Part shown: in pieces, positions 46,777-57,700 of the stretch | How the letters are laid out: each line of letters opens with the position of its first letter | How positions within the stretch are numbered: position 1 is the first letter of the stretch | DNA from: Thermoplasmata archaeon | GTDB taxonomy: Archaea > Thermoplasmatota > Thermoplasmata > Thermoplasmatales > GCA-001856825 | Reading direction: 5' to 3' | NCBI GenBank assembly: GCA_023256615.1 | Contig: JAGDXO010000027.1 | Span: forward strand, 1 to 63,829 | Length of the DNA: 63,829 nucleotides | Program-made: the position numbers and the translations under genes | Notes under the pieces: model-generated | Seen by the model: only the letters and a program-made list of their open reading frames with translations | Database searches by the model: none | Told to the model about the DNA's origin: nothing

Positions 46777-48025
46777 TGTTGGCAGCATAAGAAGGGATTT
46801 TCCAATACTACAAAGGAAGATGGATGGCAAGAGGATTGTTTATCTGGACTCGACAGCTACGACACAGAAGCCAGAAAGTGTTATAAATGCTATCGCAGAA
46901 TTCTACAGAAATTACAATGCAAATGTCCACAGATCTGTTTACAAACTCGGATGGGAGGCAACAGATTGTTATGAACAAGCAAGAAAGAATGTTGCTGATT
47001 TTATAGGTGTTAAATCAGAAGAAATAGTTTTCACAAGGAACACAACTGAAAGCCTGAATCTATTATCTTACAGCCTTGAGGGTAAACTTAAAAAGGGAGA
47101 CAGGATCCTCATAAGTTCTATGGAACATCACTCCAACATACTCCCCTGGATGAGACTTGAGGAGAGAGGAATAAATCTTGATTACATAAATCTCACACCT
47201 GAAGGATTCTTGGATATTGAAGATTTTAAATCAAAAATTAAAAAAGAAACAAAAATAATTTCGATCACGCATCAGTCCAACGTACTCGGTACCATAAATG
47301 ATATAGATACACTTTCAAAAATTGCCAAGGAAAATGATTCAATTTTCATAGTTGATGGCGCTCAATCCATACCTCATATGCCCTTTAAAATGATTAATGG
47401 AATTGATTATATGGCATTTTCAGGTCATAAAATGCTTGGGCCGCTTGGAATTGGTGTTCTATATGGGAAATATGAAAATCTTTCCGAACTTCCGCCATTT
47501 CAGAGGGGGGGAGAGATGATCAAGGAAGTGGATTTTCACAAGGTTGAATTTGAAGATCCTCCGATAAAATTTGAGGCTGGGACTCCAAACGTTGAAGGTG
47601 CTGTAGGTCTTTCGGCTGCGATAGATTATCTGAAGAAAATTGGAATGGAAAATGTTAGGTCCCACGAGAAGTATCTCACACGCAAAGCTTTGGATTCATT
47701 ATCTACATTGAAAAATATTCAGATTTACGGTCCAAGGGATACAGAGAAAAGGGGAGGCGTCATTTCATTTAATATCAGAAGCGAGGCAATCAAGAGAAAA
47801 ATAGCTTCAGGAAACATACATTTAGACGGTTTGTTGCATTCTCATGATGTTGCATCGCATCTGGACGAGAGCAATGTATTTGTGAGGTCGGGGCATCACT
47901 GTGCCCAGCCTCTTATGAAATATCTTAATATTAAGGGTACAGCTAGGGCATCATTTTATATTTACAATGATATTGACGATATAGAGGCACTTGTCTCTGG
48001 TCTGGAGGGAATAGATGTACAATGA
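46769..48025 (+). CDS. sufS: cysteine desulfurase SufS
   Basis: Class V aminotransferase. FSGHKMLGP (PLP Lys) and RSGHHCAQP (catalytic Cys). Confidence 0.9.
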   Translation: MLDVGSIRRDFPILQRKMDGKRIVYLDSTATTQKPESVINAIAEFYRNYNANVHRSVYKLGWEATDCYEQARKNVADFIGVKSEEIVFTRNTTESLNLLSYSLEGKLKKGDRILISSMEHHSNILPWMRLEERGINLDYINLTPEGFLDIEDFKSKIKKETKIISITHQSNVLGTINDIDTLSKIAKENDSIFIVDGAQSIPHMPFKMINGIDYMAFSGHKMLGPLGIGVLYGKYENLSELPPFQRGGEMIKEVDFHKVEFEDPPIKFEAGTPNVEGAVGLSAAIDYLKKIGMENVRSHEKYLTRKALDSLSTLKNIQIYGPRDTEKRGGVISFNIRSEAIKRKIASGNIHLDGLLHSHDVASHLDESNVFVRSGHHCAQPLMKYLNIKGTARASFYIYNDIDDIEALVSGLEGIDVQ

Positions 48026-48392
48026 TGAAATTATGGATAGATACCAGAATCCTTATTATTTTGGGAAGCCCGAAAGATACAGTATTGTAATAGACGAAGC
48101 TTCAACTTCTTGTGGTGATAAAATCATTTTATACATACAGGAAGAGAATGGAGTGATTAAGCAGATAAAATTTGAAGGAGATGGTTGTATCATATCCATG
48201 GTTTCTACCGACCTATTCTGTGAGAAAGCAACCGGAAGAAATATAGAAGAAATAATGAGAATAGACGAATCGGACTATGTTAAGAATTTTCCTGTAGAGA
48301 TAACACCGGGCAGGCTAAATTGTGCATTGCTACCAATTAGGGCATTCCGGAGGGGAGTCGGGAGAGCAAATATTCCCGGAAATTTAAAATGA
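48015..48392 (+). CDS. sufU: SufU/IscU-like sulfur-acceptor scaffold protein
   Basis: 125 aa. SCGDKIILY, GDGCIIS and LNCALLP Cys motifs. Confidence 0.82.
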   Translation: MYNDEIMDRYQNPYYFGKPERYSIVIDEASTSCGDKIILYIQEENGVIKQIKFEGDGCIISMVSTDLFCEKATGRNIEEIMRIDESDYVKNFPVEITPGRLNCALLPIRAFRRGVGRANIPGNLK

Positions 48393-48537
48393 CGGGTAAA
48401 CGAAATATAATTTCCATTTTACCCATGTGTCGCTGAATCAGGAACCCCAATCCCTTCAGGAATGAGATGATGTCAGTGTATTCTATCTTTAAAATACTGT
48501 TAGAAAAATAGATTATTGAGTACTTAATGAACCATAA

Positions 48538-49446
48538 ATGGAGAGTGTTGAAGACCTCATATCATCTGCAAAGAAGGGGAACAGAAGATCAATTGGAAGG
48601 CTTATAACCATCATAGAGAACAGGAGCACAGGATATGAAGATATATTAAGGTTCTTGAATTCAAAATTCAATAAGGCTTACGTTCTGGGAATCACTGGCC
48701 CTCCAGGGGTCGGGAAAAGTTCCTTAATTTCAAGACTCGTGGAAAACTTCCAGTCGAAAGAGAAGCTGGCAGTAATAATGATTGATGCGACAAGTCCTTT
48801 CAGCGGTGGTTCATTGCTGGGCAATAGGTTGCGACTTTCAGATGGGGAAAATATCTATGTGAGAAGCATGGCTACGAGAGGCATAAGCGGAGGGTTGAAC
48901 CTAGCAATTGGTGACACACTGGATCTTCTATCTTTCCTTGGTTTTTCAATGATAATTGTAGAGTCGGTCGGGGCTGGACAGGATGAAACAGATATAGTTT
49001 ATTTCACAGATACCGTGGTTCTTGTTCTTTCACCTGGTACTGGAGATCAAGTACAGGCCATGAAGGCCGGCCAGATGGAGATAGGGGACATAATAGTACT
49101 CAACAAGGCAGACAGGCCTGATGTTATAATATCTGAAAAAGAGTTAATGGAGATATTAAGCATACCGGATATGGCAAAGAATCATAAGCTTTTCAAGGTA
49201 TCATCACTAACGGGTTCTGGCATCAAAGATCTTGTCGCAGCAATAGAAGAGGAAAAAAATTCAGGTTTAAGGAGTTCTTCTGAATTGAAGGAAAGAGAAA
49301 AAGAGAAGCTCAAACAGGAGATTCTCGCAAGGATAAACTTGAAGGAGTATTTGATTGAAAGACTTGCGGATAAAGTTGTAAAGGGAGAGATAAAAGAAAG
49401 GGAAGCTCTTTCCTTAATTTTGAAGGAATTAGAGATGAAAAGGTAA
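48538..49446 (+). CDS. meaB: MeaB/ArgK-type G3E GTPase (methylmalonyl-CoA mutase chaperone family)
   Basis: GITGPPGVGKSS, ESVGAGQDE and LNKAD motifs. Confidence 0.85.
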   Translation: MESVEDLISSAKKGNRRSIGRLITIIENRSTGYEDILRFLNSKFNKAYVLGITGPPGVGKSSLISRLVENFQSKEKLAVIMIDATSPFSGGSLLGNRLRLSDGENIYVRSMATRGISGGLNLAIGDTLDLLSFLGFSMIIVESVGAGQDETDIVYFTDTVVLVLSPGTGDQVQAMKAGQMEIGDIIVLNKADRPDVIISEKELMEILSIPDMAKNHKLFKVSSLTGSGIKDLVAAIEEEKNSGLRSSSELKEREKEKLKQEILARINLKEYLIERLADKVVKGEIKEREALSLILKELEMKR

Positions 49447-49546
49447 TGACGAAAATAGATAAATTTTATACCTTTTTTAAAGTTTCAAATTACCATTAAT
49501 ATTAAGTAATGGAAACACAATAACCTAACAGCAGGTGAATAATTTT

Positions 49547-50656
49547 ATGAAAATAACAGTAAGTTTGATTAAGGCCGATGTTGGAGGACTTGCAGGGCAT
49601 TCAAGAGTTCATCCAGATTTGAAGGCTGAAGCGTCACTCGTCCTTGAAAGTGCTAAAAATTCAGGTAAATTGATAGATTATTATGTAACATCAGTAGGAG
49701 ATGACTTACAGTTATTGATGACTCATAAAGAAGGAGAAAATTCATCATATGTACATGGGCTTGCTTGGGAAGCATTTATCAGAGCTACCGAAATAGCGAA
49801 GAAATATAAGTTATATGGAGCAGGTCAGGATCTTCTGAAGGATACATTTTCCGGAAATCTCAAGGGAATGGGTCCTGGCGTTGCCGAAATGGAAATAGAG
49901 GAAAGGAAGAGTGAGCCGATAGCTGTGTTCATGATGGATAAAACGGAACCAGGTGCATTCAATCTGCCGATCTACAAGATGTTCGCAGATCCGTTTAATA
50001 CACCAGGACTTGTAATAGATCCCCATATGCACGATGGTTTTGAATTCGAGGTATGGGATGTTATAGCTCATAAGAAAATCATACTAAAGACACCTGAGGA
50101 AATGTACGATTTACTTGCACTTATAGGTTCGAAGAGCAGATATATCATCAAGAGAGTTTATCCGTCCCAGAAAAATCCACACCTTTCGCATGAGCCTGTT
50201 GCTGTGGTTAGCACAGATAAATTGCATGAGATAGCAGGGAAATATGTCGGTAAGGATGATCCTGTAGGTATTGTAAGGGGGCAGGCCGGCTTACCTGCTA
50301 TGGGAGAAATACTCGAAGCCTTCTCATTTCCACATCTGGTATCCGGGTGGATGAGGGGTAGTCATAACGGGCCTCTTATGCCAGTATCAATTGAAGATGC
50401 AATTCCTTCAAGATTTGATGGACCACCTAGGGTGATAGGACTCGGATTCCAGCTGGCGGAAGGAAAGCTTATAGGTCCTGCTGATCTTCTCGGGGAAAGG
50501 GCATTCGATCAGGCCAGGGAAATTGCACTCACAATGACTGAATTTATGAGAAGAAATGGTCCATTTGAACCTCACAGACTGCCAGACGAGGAAATGGAAT
50601 ATACAACAATGCCGGAAGTGCAGAAAAAACTTCAGAAGAGAATGGTAGACCTATAA
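49547..50656 (+). CDS. fbp: fructose-1,6-bisphosphate aldolase/phosphatase (class V FBPase)
   Basis: MKITVSLIKADVGG N-terminus, GWMRGSHNGPLMPV. The GTG at 49535 in the ORF track adds 4 unlikely residues. Confidence 0.9.
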   Translation: MKITVSLIKADVGGLAGHSRVHPDLKAEASLVLESAKNSGKLIDYYVTSVGDDLQLLMTHKEGENSSYVHGLAWEAFIRATEIAKKYKLYGAGQDLLKDTFSGNLKGMGPGVAEMEIEERKSEPIAVFMMDKTEPGAFNLPIYKMFADPFNTPGLVIDPHMHDGFEFEVWDVIAHKKIILKTPEEMYDLLALIGSKSRYIIKRVYPSQKNPHLSHEPVAVVSTDKLHEIAGKYVGKDDPVGIVRGQAGLPAMGEILEAFSFPHLVSGWMRGSHNGPLMPVSIEDAIPSRFDGPPRVIGLGFQLAEGKLIGPADLLGERAFDQAREIALTMTEFMRRNGPFEPHRLPDEEMEYTTMPEVQKKLQKRMVDL

Positions 50657-51246
50657 TGCCAAACGGAAACCTCAGAGGAATGCTTCTAAAAGACAGGATC
50701 ATAGATATTGTCAGAGGAGACGGTAAATCAATATCCGAGATCTATAAGGAAGTGAATCTAGACGAGGATTCTAAAATACACAGATTGACACTTACAGGTT
50801 ACCTGTGGGCAATGGCCGATTTTGGTTTCCTGAAGGAGAGGTACCAGAAACCCTCTAAGCTCTATTCCCTAAACAAAAAGGAAGAAAATAGTATTTATGA
50901 AATCGTAGCCTCTAAACTATCAGATGAACCCGAAGAAAAAAAGGCAAATGAAATTCTATATGTTCTCTATAAAATCCTAGATAGACCAATATTCAGGGTA
51001 GAAATGGAAAGAGCGGGAATTATAGGGGATATTAAGGCCAAAAAGATAGATAAGAGGGAAAGGAAGAAACTAATTGAAAAAGTGGAACTGAAGGGTCTAA
51101 GGATCACGCCTGATACTGAAGCATTCATCCCAATGGAAGAATATCCAGAACTTGCCTTCAGAGTTATACTCGATATTATTGCAGAAAAATTTGACATAAA
51201 GAAAGACAAATCAGGAGTACAGAAGAAATTAGAAAATATTCTTTAA
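50656..51246 (+). CDS. hypothetical protein with an N-terminal wHTH-like segment
   Basis: 196 aa. The start ATG shares one base with the fbp stop (TAATG). DRIIDIVRGDGKSISEIYKEV...LTLTGYLWAM resembles a winged helix. Basic/acidic C-terminal half. Confidence 0.4.
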   Translation: MPNGNLRGMLLKDRIIDIVRGDGKSISEIYKEVNLDEDSKIHRLTLTGYLWAMADFGFLKERYQKPSKLYSLNKKEENSIYEIVASKLSDEPEEKKANEILYVLYKILDRPIFRVEMERAGIIGDIKAKKIDKRERKKLIEKVELKGLRITPDTEAFIPMEEYPELAFRVILDIIAEKFDIKKDKSGVQKKLENIL

Positions 51247-52698
51247 TATTTTTCTCTCACGCAGGAATGATAGGTCGTTCCTGTATATATCCCTGATATC
51301 TTCTAAATTTAGCACGAGCATGAGGAGTCTCTCTAGGCCAAGCCCCCAGGCCGCTACGTTATATCTTATACCCCATGGCTTAAGGACTTCAGGTCTGAAC
51401 ATTCCGGCACCTCCCAGTTCCATCTCCTTTCCCATAAATTTTCCATGAATTTCTAATGAGGGTTCTGTATAGGGGAAATAACTGGGTTTAAACCATATTT
51501 CTGTAATCCCTATTCTGTTATAGAATTCTTTCAGTGTTTTCATAAGGGTCCCGAAAGTGACCCCTTCCCCGGCTATAACTCCTTCAACCTGAGTGAACTC
51601 AGCAAGATGCCTTGAATCCACATTTTCCCTTCTGAATATTTTCTCAACGGAGAATATCTTGCATTTTTCATTTGGATGTTCTACAAGGTATCTTATTGTG
51701 TTGACTGTTGTATGTGTTCTAAGAAGCATTTTTGAGGCTTCCTTCTCTGACCAATCATATTGCCACCCCTTGGATCCACTTATTCCCCTCTCATGAACAT
51801 CCCTTATTTTATTGACCATGTTTCTATCTAATTCTGCTTCGCCTTTCACATAGAACGTATCCTGCATCTCCCTTGCAGGGTGGTTCTGCGGGATAAAGAG
51901 TATATCCATATCCCAGAAAGCACTCTCGACAATCTCTCCCTTCAACTCGCTGAATCCCATCTGAAGCATCACTTCCCTCACCTGGTTTATGAATTCAGAA
52001 AGAGGATGTATCTTACCAGGGAGATAACGGGGGGCATACATATTCACATTATAAGGTCTCAATTTTATCTCATCATTGAACTTATCTATGACATCAGGAG
52101 TTATCTGGTTAATTTCATTTGTTTCAATAAGCTCATCATCACTTATTCTCTCCGCTTCCTCTGTAAGTCTGATACTTCTGACCATTCTTACCTTTTCATT
52201 CAGAAATCCCTTCCTAGATTTCACTATCTCAGCATCATTTTCATCTATCTGTCCATCCTTAGCCCTTGACAGTATATCTTTAATTTTTTCTATACTTTTA
52301 GAAAGTTTTGAATCATCATCAATGACAATTTTTCCATCAACCACCTTACCTCCTAATCTCAATATCTGTGCAAGTCCATATCTTAAATCGTCTCCCATAA
52401 CTTTTTCAAGTTCACTGAGGATATTGATCCCCTGATTGTAATATTTCAGGAGATTTTCTTCAGGCAAGCCTTTTTCAAGAACTCTCTTCCCTTCAGGACC
52501 TATTACATAATATTTTACTGGATGCTCTGAAACATTTACCAGTTTCTTTTCCTTAAGCCAGGATATGGAACTAGACGCTTCATTTCTTTCAATATTCTTG
52601 AAGATATCTTCAGAATCCACATACCCTTTACCCTTCAAAAATTTGATCAGCTTCTTCTCACCATTAGTCAGTTCCACATATCCACAATCCCAAATCAT
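51229..52698 (-). CDS. pheS: phenylalanine--tRNA ligase alpha subunit
   Basis: Archaeal/eukaryal type, 489 aa. HPAREMQDTFY, LRTHTT and class II motif 3 GLGLERL. Confidence 0.92.
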   Translation of the reverse strand: MIWDCGYVELTNGEKKLIKFLKGKGYVDSEDIFKNIERNEASSSISWLKEKKLVNVSEHPVKYYVIGPEGKRVLEKGLPEENLLKYYNQGINILSELEKVMGDDLRYGLAQILRLGGKVVDGKIVIDDDSKLSKSIEKIKDILSRAKDGQIDENDAEIVKSRKGFLNEKVRMVRSIRLTEEAERISDDELIETNEINQITPDVIDKFNDEIKLRPYNVNMYAPRYLPGKIHPLSEFINQVREVMLQMGFSELKGEIVESAFWDMDILFIPQNHPAREMQDTFYVKGEAELDRNMVNKIRDVHERGISGSKGWQYDWSEKEASKMLLRTHTTVNTIRYLVEHPNEKCKIFSVEKIFRRENVDSRHLAEFTQVEGVIAGEGVTFGTLMKTLKEFYNRIGITEIWFKPSYFPYTEPSLEIHGKFMGKEMELGGAGMFRPEVLKPWGIRYNVAAWGLGLERLLMLVLNLEDIRDIYRNDLSFLRERKILKNIF

Positions 52699-52760
52699 TG
52701 AAAAATTTTATCATTCAGATAAAGATTAATTTTTTAATATATTGAGTAGATAGGGGGAGG

Positions 52761-54143
52761 ATGGAAAAAGAAGAACCTGAGGATAACTTTTCAGAATGGT
52801 ATAATGATATTATAGAAAGAACAGGTCTATCCGACAAGAGATATCCAGTAAAGGGTCTGAATATCTGGCCGCCATACGGCTGGAAACTGATGAGAAATAT
52901 TGACCAGATGATAAGAAAATACTTTGATTCCAAAGACTATCAGGAAGTGAATTTCCCGACCTTAATTCCTGAGAGTCAGTTCAATAAGGAAGCAGAGCAT
53001 ATAAAGGGTTTTTCAAATGAAGTATATTGGATCACTCACGGGGGGAACGATCCTCTTGATGAGAAGTTAGTACTCAGGCCAACAAGCGAAACTGCAATGT
53101 ATCCTATATTCTCGCTATGGGTCAGGAGTCATGCGGATCTTCCTTTAAGAATTTACCAGATCGTCAATGTTTTCAGGTATGAGACTAAACAGACAAGGAC
53201 CTTTATCAGGGTAAGGGAAATACATTTTATTGAGGGGCACACCTGCCATGAAGACTATCAGTCTGCGGAGAGGCAGGTCAGTGATGACATAGAGATATGG
53301 AAGAATATCGCTGACGAAGTGGCTCTACCCTATATTATGGGTAAGAGACCGGATTGGGATAAGTTTCCGGGAGCCCATTACACAATTGGTGTGGATACAT
53401 TTTTCCCTTCAGGAAGGAGTTTGCAGATAGCGACCATGCACCATTACAAGGATAATTTCTCAAAACCTTATGACATAGTATACACAGATGAAAATGGGGA
53501 GAGAAAATATGCCCACCAGACAACATTCGGAATTTCAGAAAGACTTGTTGGGGCCATAGTGGGAATTCATGGCGACAAAAAGGGTCTTATACTTCCTCCA
53601 AAGGTAGCTCCGATTCAGGTTATAATAGTCCCGATTCCAGGCGAAGGGGTTATTGAATATTGCAAGAAGCTTCTGAAAAATCTGACGGAAATGGGAATAA
53701 GAGCAAAACTTGATGACAGGGATCAGTACACACCAGGATGGAAATACAATGATTGGGAGGAAAAGGGCATTCCATTACGTATTGAGATTGGACTGAGAGA
53801 AGTCAGGGATAACAAAGTCACTCTCGCATATAGGACAGGTGGAAAGAAGAACATGTTAATTGAATCTTTCATGTCTGAAGTACAGAATATTCTTAATGAA
53901 ATTCAGGAAATAATCAAGAAAAATGCCAAAGAGAAAATGGACTCTTACATTAAATTTATTGATGATATTGAAAAATCTGATGATGTAATGCCAAATGCAA
54001 TATATTGGTGCGGATCAAGAGAATGTGCAACCAAGATAGAAGAGAAAACAGGAAAATCAATACTATCATCATCTGAAGAATATGGAAAATGCATTATATG
54101 CGGGGAAAAGGGTAATAAAACAATAATATCTAAGAAATACTGA
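52761..54143 (+). CDS. proS: proline--tRNA ligase (archaeal/eukaryal type)
   Basis: FSEWYNDIIERTGL, LRPTSET and RVREIHFIEGH motifs. C-terminal zinc-binding domain. Confidence 0.92.
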   Translation: MEKEEPEDNFSEWYNDIIERTGLSDKRYPVKGLNIWPPYGWKLMRNIDQMIRKYFDSKDYQEVNFPTLIPESQFNKEAEHIKGFSNEVYWITHGGNDPLDEKLVLRPTSETAMYPIFSLWVRSHADLPLRIYQIVNVFRYETKQTRTFIRVREIHFIEGHTCHEDYQSAERQVSDDIEIWKNIADEVALPYIMGKRPDWDKFPGAHYTIGVDTFFPSGRSLQIATMHHYKDNFSKPYDIVYTDENGERKYAHQTTFGISERLVGAIVGIHGDKKGLILPPKVAPIQVIIVPIPGEGVIEYCKKLLKNLTEMGIRAKLDDRDQYTPGWKYNDWEEKGIPLRIEIGLREVRDNKVTLAYRTGGKKNMLIESFMSEVQNILNEIQEIIKKNAKEKMDSYIKFIDDIEKSDDVMPNAIYWCGSRECATKIEEKTGKSILSSSEEYGKCIICGEKGNKTIISKKY

Positions 54144-54333
54144 TATCCTTAGCCCTCAATCTGGAGAGCCATATTCCAAGGATCCCGAACAGTATAAGTA
54201 TTATGGAAATGCTGTATAGGCCTATATCATTCCAGTCCCCATAAGCTATAGACCAGGATAAATAGAATATCACAGCTCCAAGGAGCATTACGAACGACAG
54301 GAAACCCAGTACTTTATTACCATCTAATTTCAT
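54130..54333 (-). CDS. hypothetical small membrane protein (two hydrophobic helices)
   Basis: 67 aa. VLGFLSFVMLLGAVIFYLSW and LYSISIILILFGILGIWL. Convergent with proS and overlaps its 3' end by 14 nt. Confidence 0.3.
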   Translation of the reverse strand: MKLDGNKVLGFLSFVMLLGAVIFYLSWSIAYGDWNDIGLYSISIILILFGILGIWLSRLRAKDISIS

Positions 54334-54508
54334 TCAAGGCTGATAGATATCTTCCTTATATTTTTTATGAGGGAAATTGATGGTGCAAAAATGTTTAGTA
54401 TTATGAATCCATATAGATAAGCAATTCCAGAGGTTCAAAAATGAAATGGTATGGAAATATAAATATAGGAAAGTTTTATCGCTCTGGAAGCATTAGGAGT
54501 AGATTTTA

Positions 54509-54763
54509 ATGGCCAAGTTTAATATACTGTTACACGAAATGGTCCCAGAACACATACTGGTACCAGTGGAAGAGGAAGGAAAGTTATTGGAGGAACTAGG
54601 TATTTCTAAAAATCAATTGCCAAAGATCAGGAAATCAGATCCCGTAATAAAAGCCCTGGAGAAGATCAGCGGTGATATTGAACCTGGCAGGATAGTTAAG
54701 ATAGTGAGGAAAAGCAGGACAAGTGGAATTGCAACAATTTATAGGATGGTAATAGGTGAATAA
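54509..54763 (+). CDS. rpoH: DNA-directed RNA polymerase subunit H (Rpo5)
   Basis: 84 aa. LLHEMVPEHILV, LPKIRKSDPV and YRMV motifs. Immediately upstream of rpoB. Confidence 0.88.
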   Translation: MAKFNILLHEMVPEHILVPVEEEGKLLEELGISKNQLPKIRKSDPVIKALEKISGDIEPGRIVKIVRKSRTSGIATIYRMVIGE

Positions 54764-54766
54764 ATT

Positions 54767-57700
54767 ATGAAAAGTATTTTGAATACATTTTTTAGAGAAT
54801 ATGAGGTTGTGAACCATCAACTCGTCTCATACAATGATTTCATACCCACTGAGGATAACCCTGACTCAATAATGCAGCAGGTTTTTGATACATTGAGGGT
54901 AACGGATGATGATGAGCCTGGAGAAATGAAGCTGGATAGATCCAAGACAGGCGGTGCAGATATAAGGATAAGATTTGGAAGGCGTCTAGGCAAAGGGAAA
55001 AATGAGCCAACAGTTACAATAGAACTTCCGAAGATAAGGGAGCCAACAGGTTCAGAAAACTATATTACGCCTCTAGAAGCAAGACTAAGAGACTTGAATT
55101 ACATGGCCCCGCTGTTTCTTGAGTTTACCGTGATAGAAGATGACGTTGAAACAAGAAATGAAAAGATAAAAATCGGCGAATTTCCCGTAATGGTAAGATC
55201 TAAGATTTGCATACTCCATAAGAACAACATAGATGAGTTCATAAGGAGAATAAATCTGAGAAAGAATGAGAAGATAAGGGGAATGACTGAGGAAGAACTT
55301 TTAGCGATGCCCTATGAGAAGAAGGTTCAACTGCTGGGCGAAGATCCGCAGGACCCGGGAGGTTATTTCATTATCGGAGGCACTGAGAGAACTCTAATCT
55401 CCATGGAGGACCTTGCACCAAACAAAATAATAGTAGAATATGAGGAAAGATACGATACCAAGATTGAGGTTGCAAAGATATTCTCACAAAAGGAAGGCTA
55501 TAGGGCTTTAATCACAGTAGAAAGGAAGGCAGATGGTATATTGATAGTGTCAATACCTTCAATCGCAGGTACAATCCCTCTTGTTGTACTGATGAAGGCG
55601 CTTGGTGTTGATAAGGATAAGGATATCTACGACTCAGTTGTAACAAATGAAAGGATGGTTCCTATAATTTATGCCAACATTGAAGATGCAGAGAATCCGG
55701 AACTTTACCCACCAGGTGGAATAATGAGTACGAAGGACGCGATAAATTACCTCGAAAAGAGATTCGCGGCAGGGCAAGCAAAGGAATTCAGAGAGAAGAA
55801 ATTATCGCAGATACTTGACAAAAATCTGCTTCCACATCTTGGCGATTCTCCAGAAGACAGGACAAAGAAAGGAATTTATCTCGGTAGAATGGCAAGAGCC
55901 CTTCTTGAATTGCATCTTGGAATAAGGAAGGAAGATGATAAAGATCATCTGGCTAACAAGAGAATAAAGCTTTCTGGAGATTTGATGGAGGAGCTTTTCA
56001 GAAGTTCAGCCCAGGCCCTTCTCAAAGATCTTAAGGGTCAATTGGAAAAAACATATAACAAGAAAAGAGGAATAAGGCTGAGCGCAGCTGTAAGGCAAGA
56101 TGTGCTAAATGAGAAGTTGAAGCATGCACTTTCCACAGGAAACTGGATTGGCGGAAGAACCGGGGTTTCCCAGCTGCTCGAAAGGACTTCTTACATAGCT
56201 ACATTATCGCACCTAAGAAGGATATCCTCTCCACTGACAAGATCACAGCCTCACTTTGAGGCAAGAGATCTTCATCCGACACAATGGGGAAGGATGTGCC
56301 CGAATGAAACACCGGAAGGCCAGAACTGCGGACTTGTTAAGAATGCAAGTCTTATCATAGACATCACGGAAGGCTATCCGGAAGAAAATATAATAGAACT
56401 GCTCAAGAAAATGGGATTGGAGGAGATTCTTGGGGAAAAACCAGGTCTCACGAGAATCTACGTTAATGGAAATCTTGTAGGTTATCATAAAGACGGGAAT
56501 TATGTTGTATCAGAACTGAGAAAGAGAAGAAGGAGTGGGAACCTATCAAATCAGGTTAATGTAAGGTATGATGATACCACGAATGAAGTAATAATAAATA
56601 CCGATAAGGGAAGGATAAGGAGGCCTCTCTTGATAGTATACGATGGAAAGATAAAATTCAATTCAAAGATCAGGGAAGAGCTAGATCAGGGTAAGATAGG
56701 TATAAAGGACCTGATTTCAAATGGCATAATAGAATGGCTTGATGCTGAGGAGGAAGAGAACGCTTACATAGCTATTTATCCCTATGAGAAGCCCGAAAAA
56801 TGTCCCCATTGTGGTACTTTCCTCTACAGTGATAAAATCGACTGGATCAATCCCGGAGAGGAAAAGATTAAACTAAAATGCCTGAATTGCAACAGCGTCT
56901 TTGAAGTTAATAAGCTATACAATGAAGAGCATACTCACCTTGAAATTGATCCTATGATCATACAGGGAGTGGTCGTAGGCGTTATACCTTATACAGAACA
57001 CAACCAGTCTCCAAGGGTAACGATGGGTGCGGCAATGACAAAACAGTCCCTCGGTCTTTCATCTTCAAATTACAGGTTGAGGCCTGATACCAGGGGTCAC
57101 GTTCTTCATTATCCACAGAAGCCTCTGGTTACAACAAGGACAGCTGACTACATAAAATACAATCAGAGACCATCGGGACAGAATGCTGTTGTAGCATTAA
57201 TCTCCTATCACAATTATAACATCCAGGATGCAATCATAGTGAATAAGGCGTCGGTGGAAAGAGGATTTGGAAGATCTGCTTTCTTCAGGACTTACAGGGC
57301 AGAGGAAAAGAGATACCCTGGTGGCCAGGAAGACAGATTTGAGATACCACCTCCGGAGGTTAGAGGAGTCAGGAGTGAAGAAGCTTACAGGAATATAGAT
57401 GAAAATGGAATGATTGCGCCAGAGACATTCGTCACCAGTGGGGATGTTCTTATTGGAAAGACTTCACCCCCGAGGTTCATGGAAGAGGAGCAGCACATAT
57501 CAATCCAGAAGAGAAGGGAAAGTTCGATAACAAACAGACCCGGAGAGAGCGGATATGTTGATTCCGTTCTGCTCACAGTCTCTGAAAATAACAGCAGGCT
57601 TCTGAAAGTAAAAGTTAGGGATGACAGAGTTCCGGAACTGGGTGATAAATTCGCAAGCAGACACGGGCAAAAAGGTGTCATTGGAGCAATAATACCTCAG

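Noticed and set aside
48378-48424. Crossing helices GGAAAT/ATTTCC (48378-83 with 48410-15) and GGGTAAA/TTTACCC (48394-400 with 48418-24) around the sufU stop codon, giving a pseudoknot-like topology
   Set aside because: The stems are 6-7 bp and AT-rich, with long loops, and are expected by chance in AT-rich DNA. There is no supporting context. At most this is a weak transcript-end structure.
48421-48480. Possible C/D box sRNA downstream of sufU (CTGA at 48433-36, GATGATG near 48466-72)
   Set aside because: The box order is wrong for the plus strand (D-like before C-like). The minus strand has no RUGAUGA box. No second box pair lies at the expected 12-nt guide spacing.
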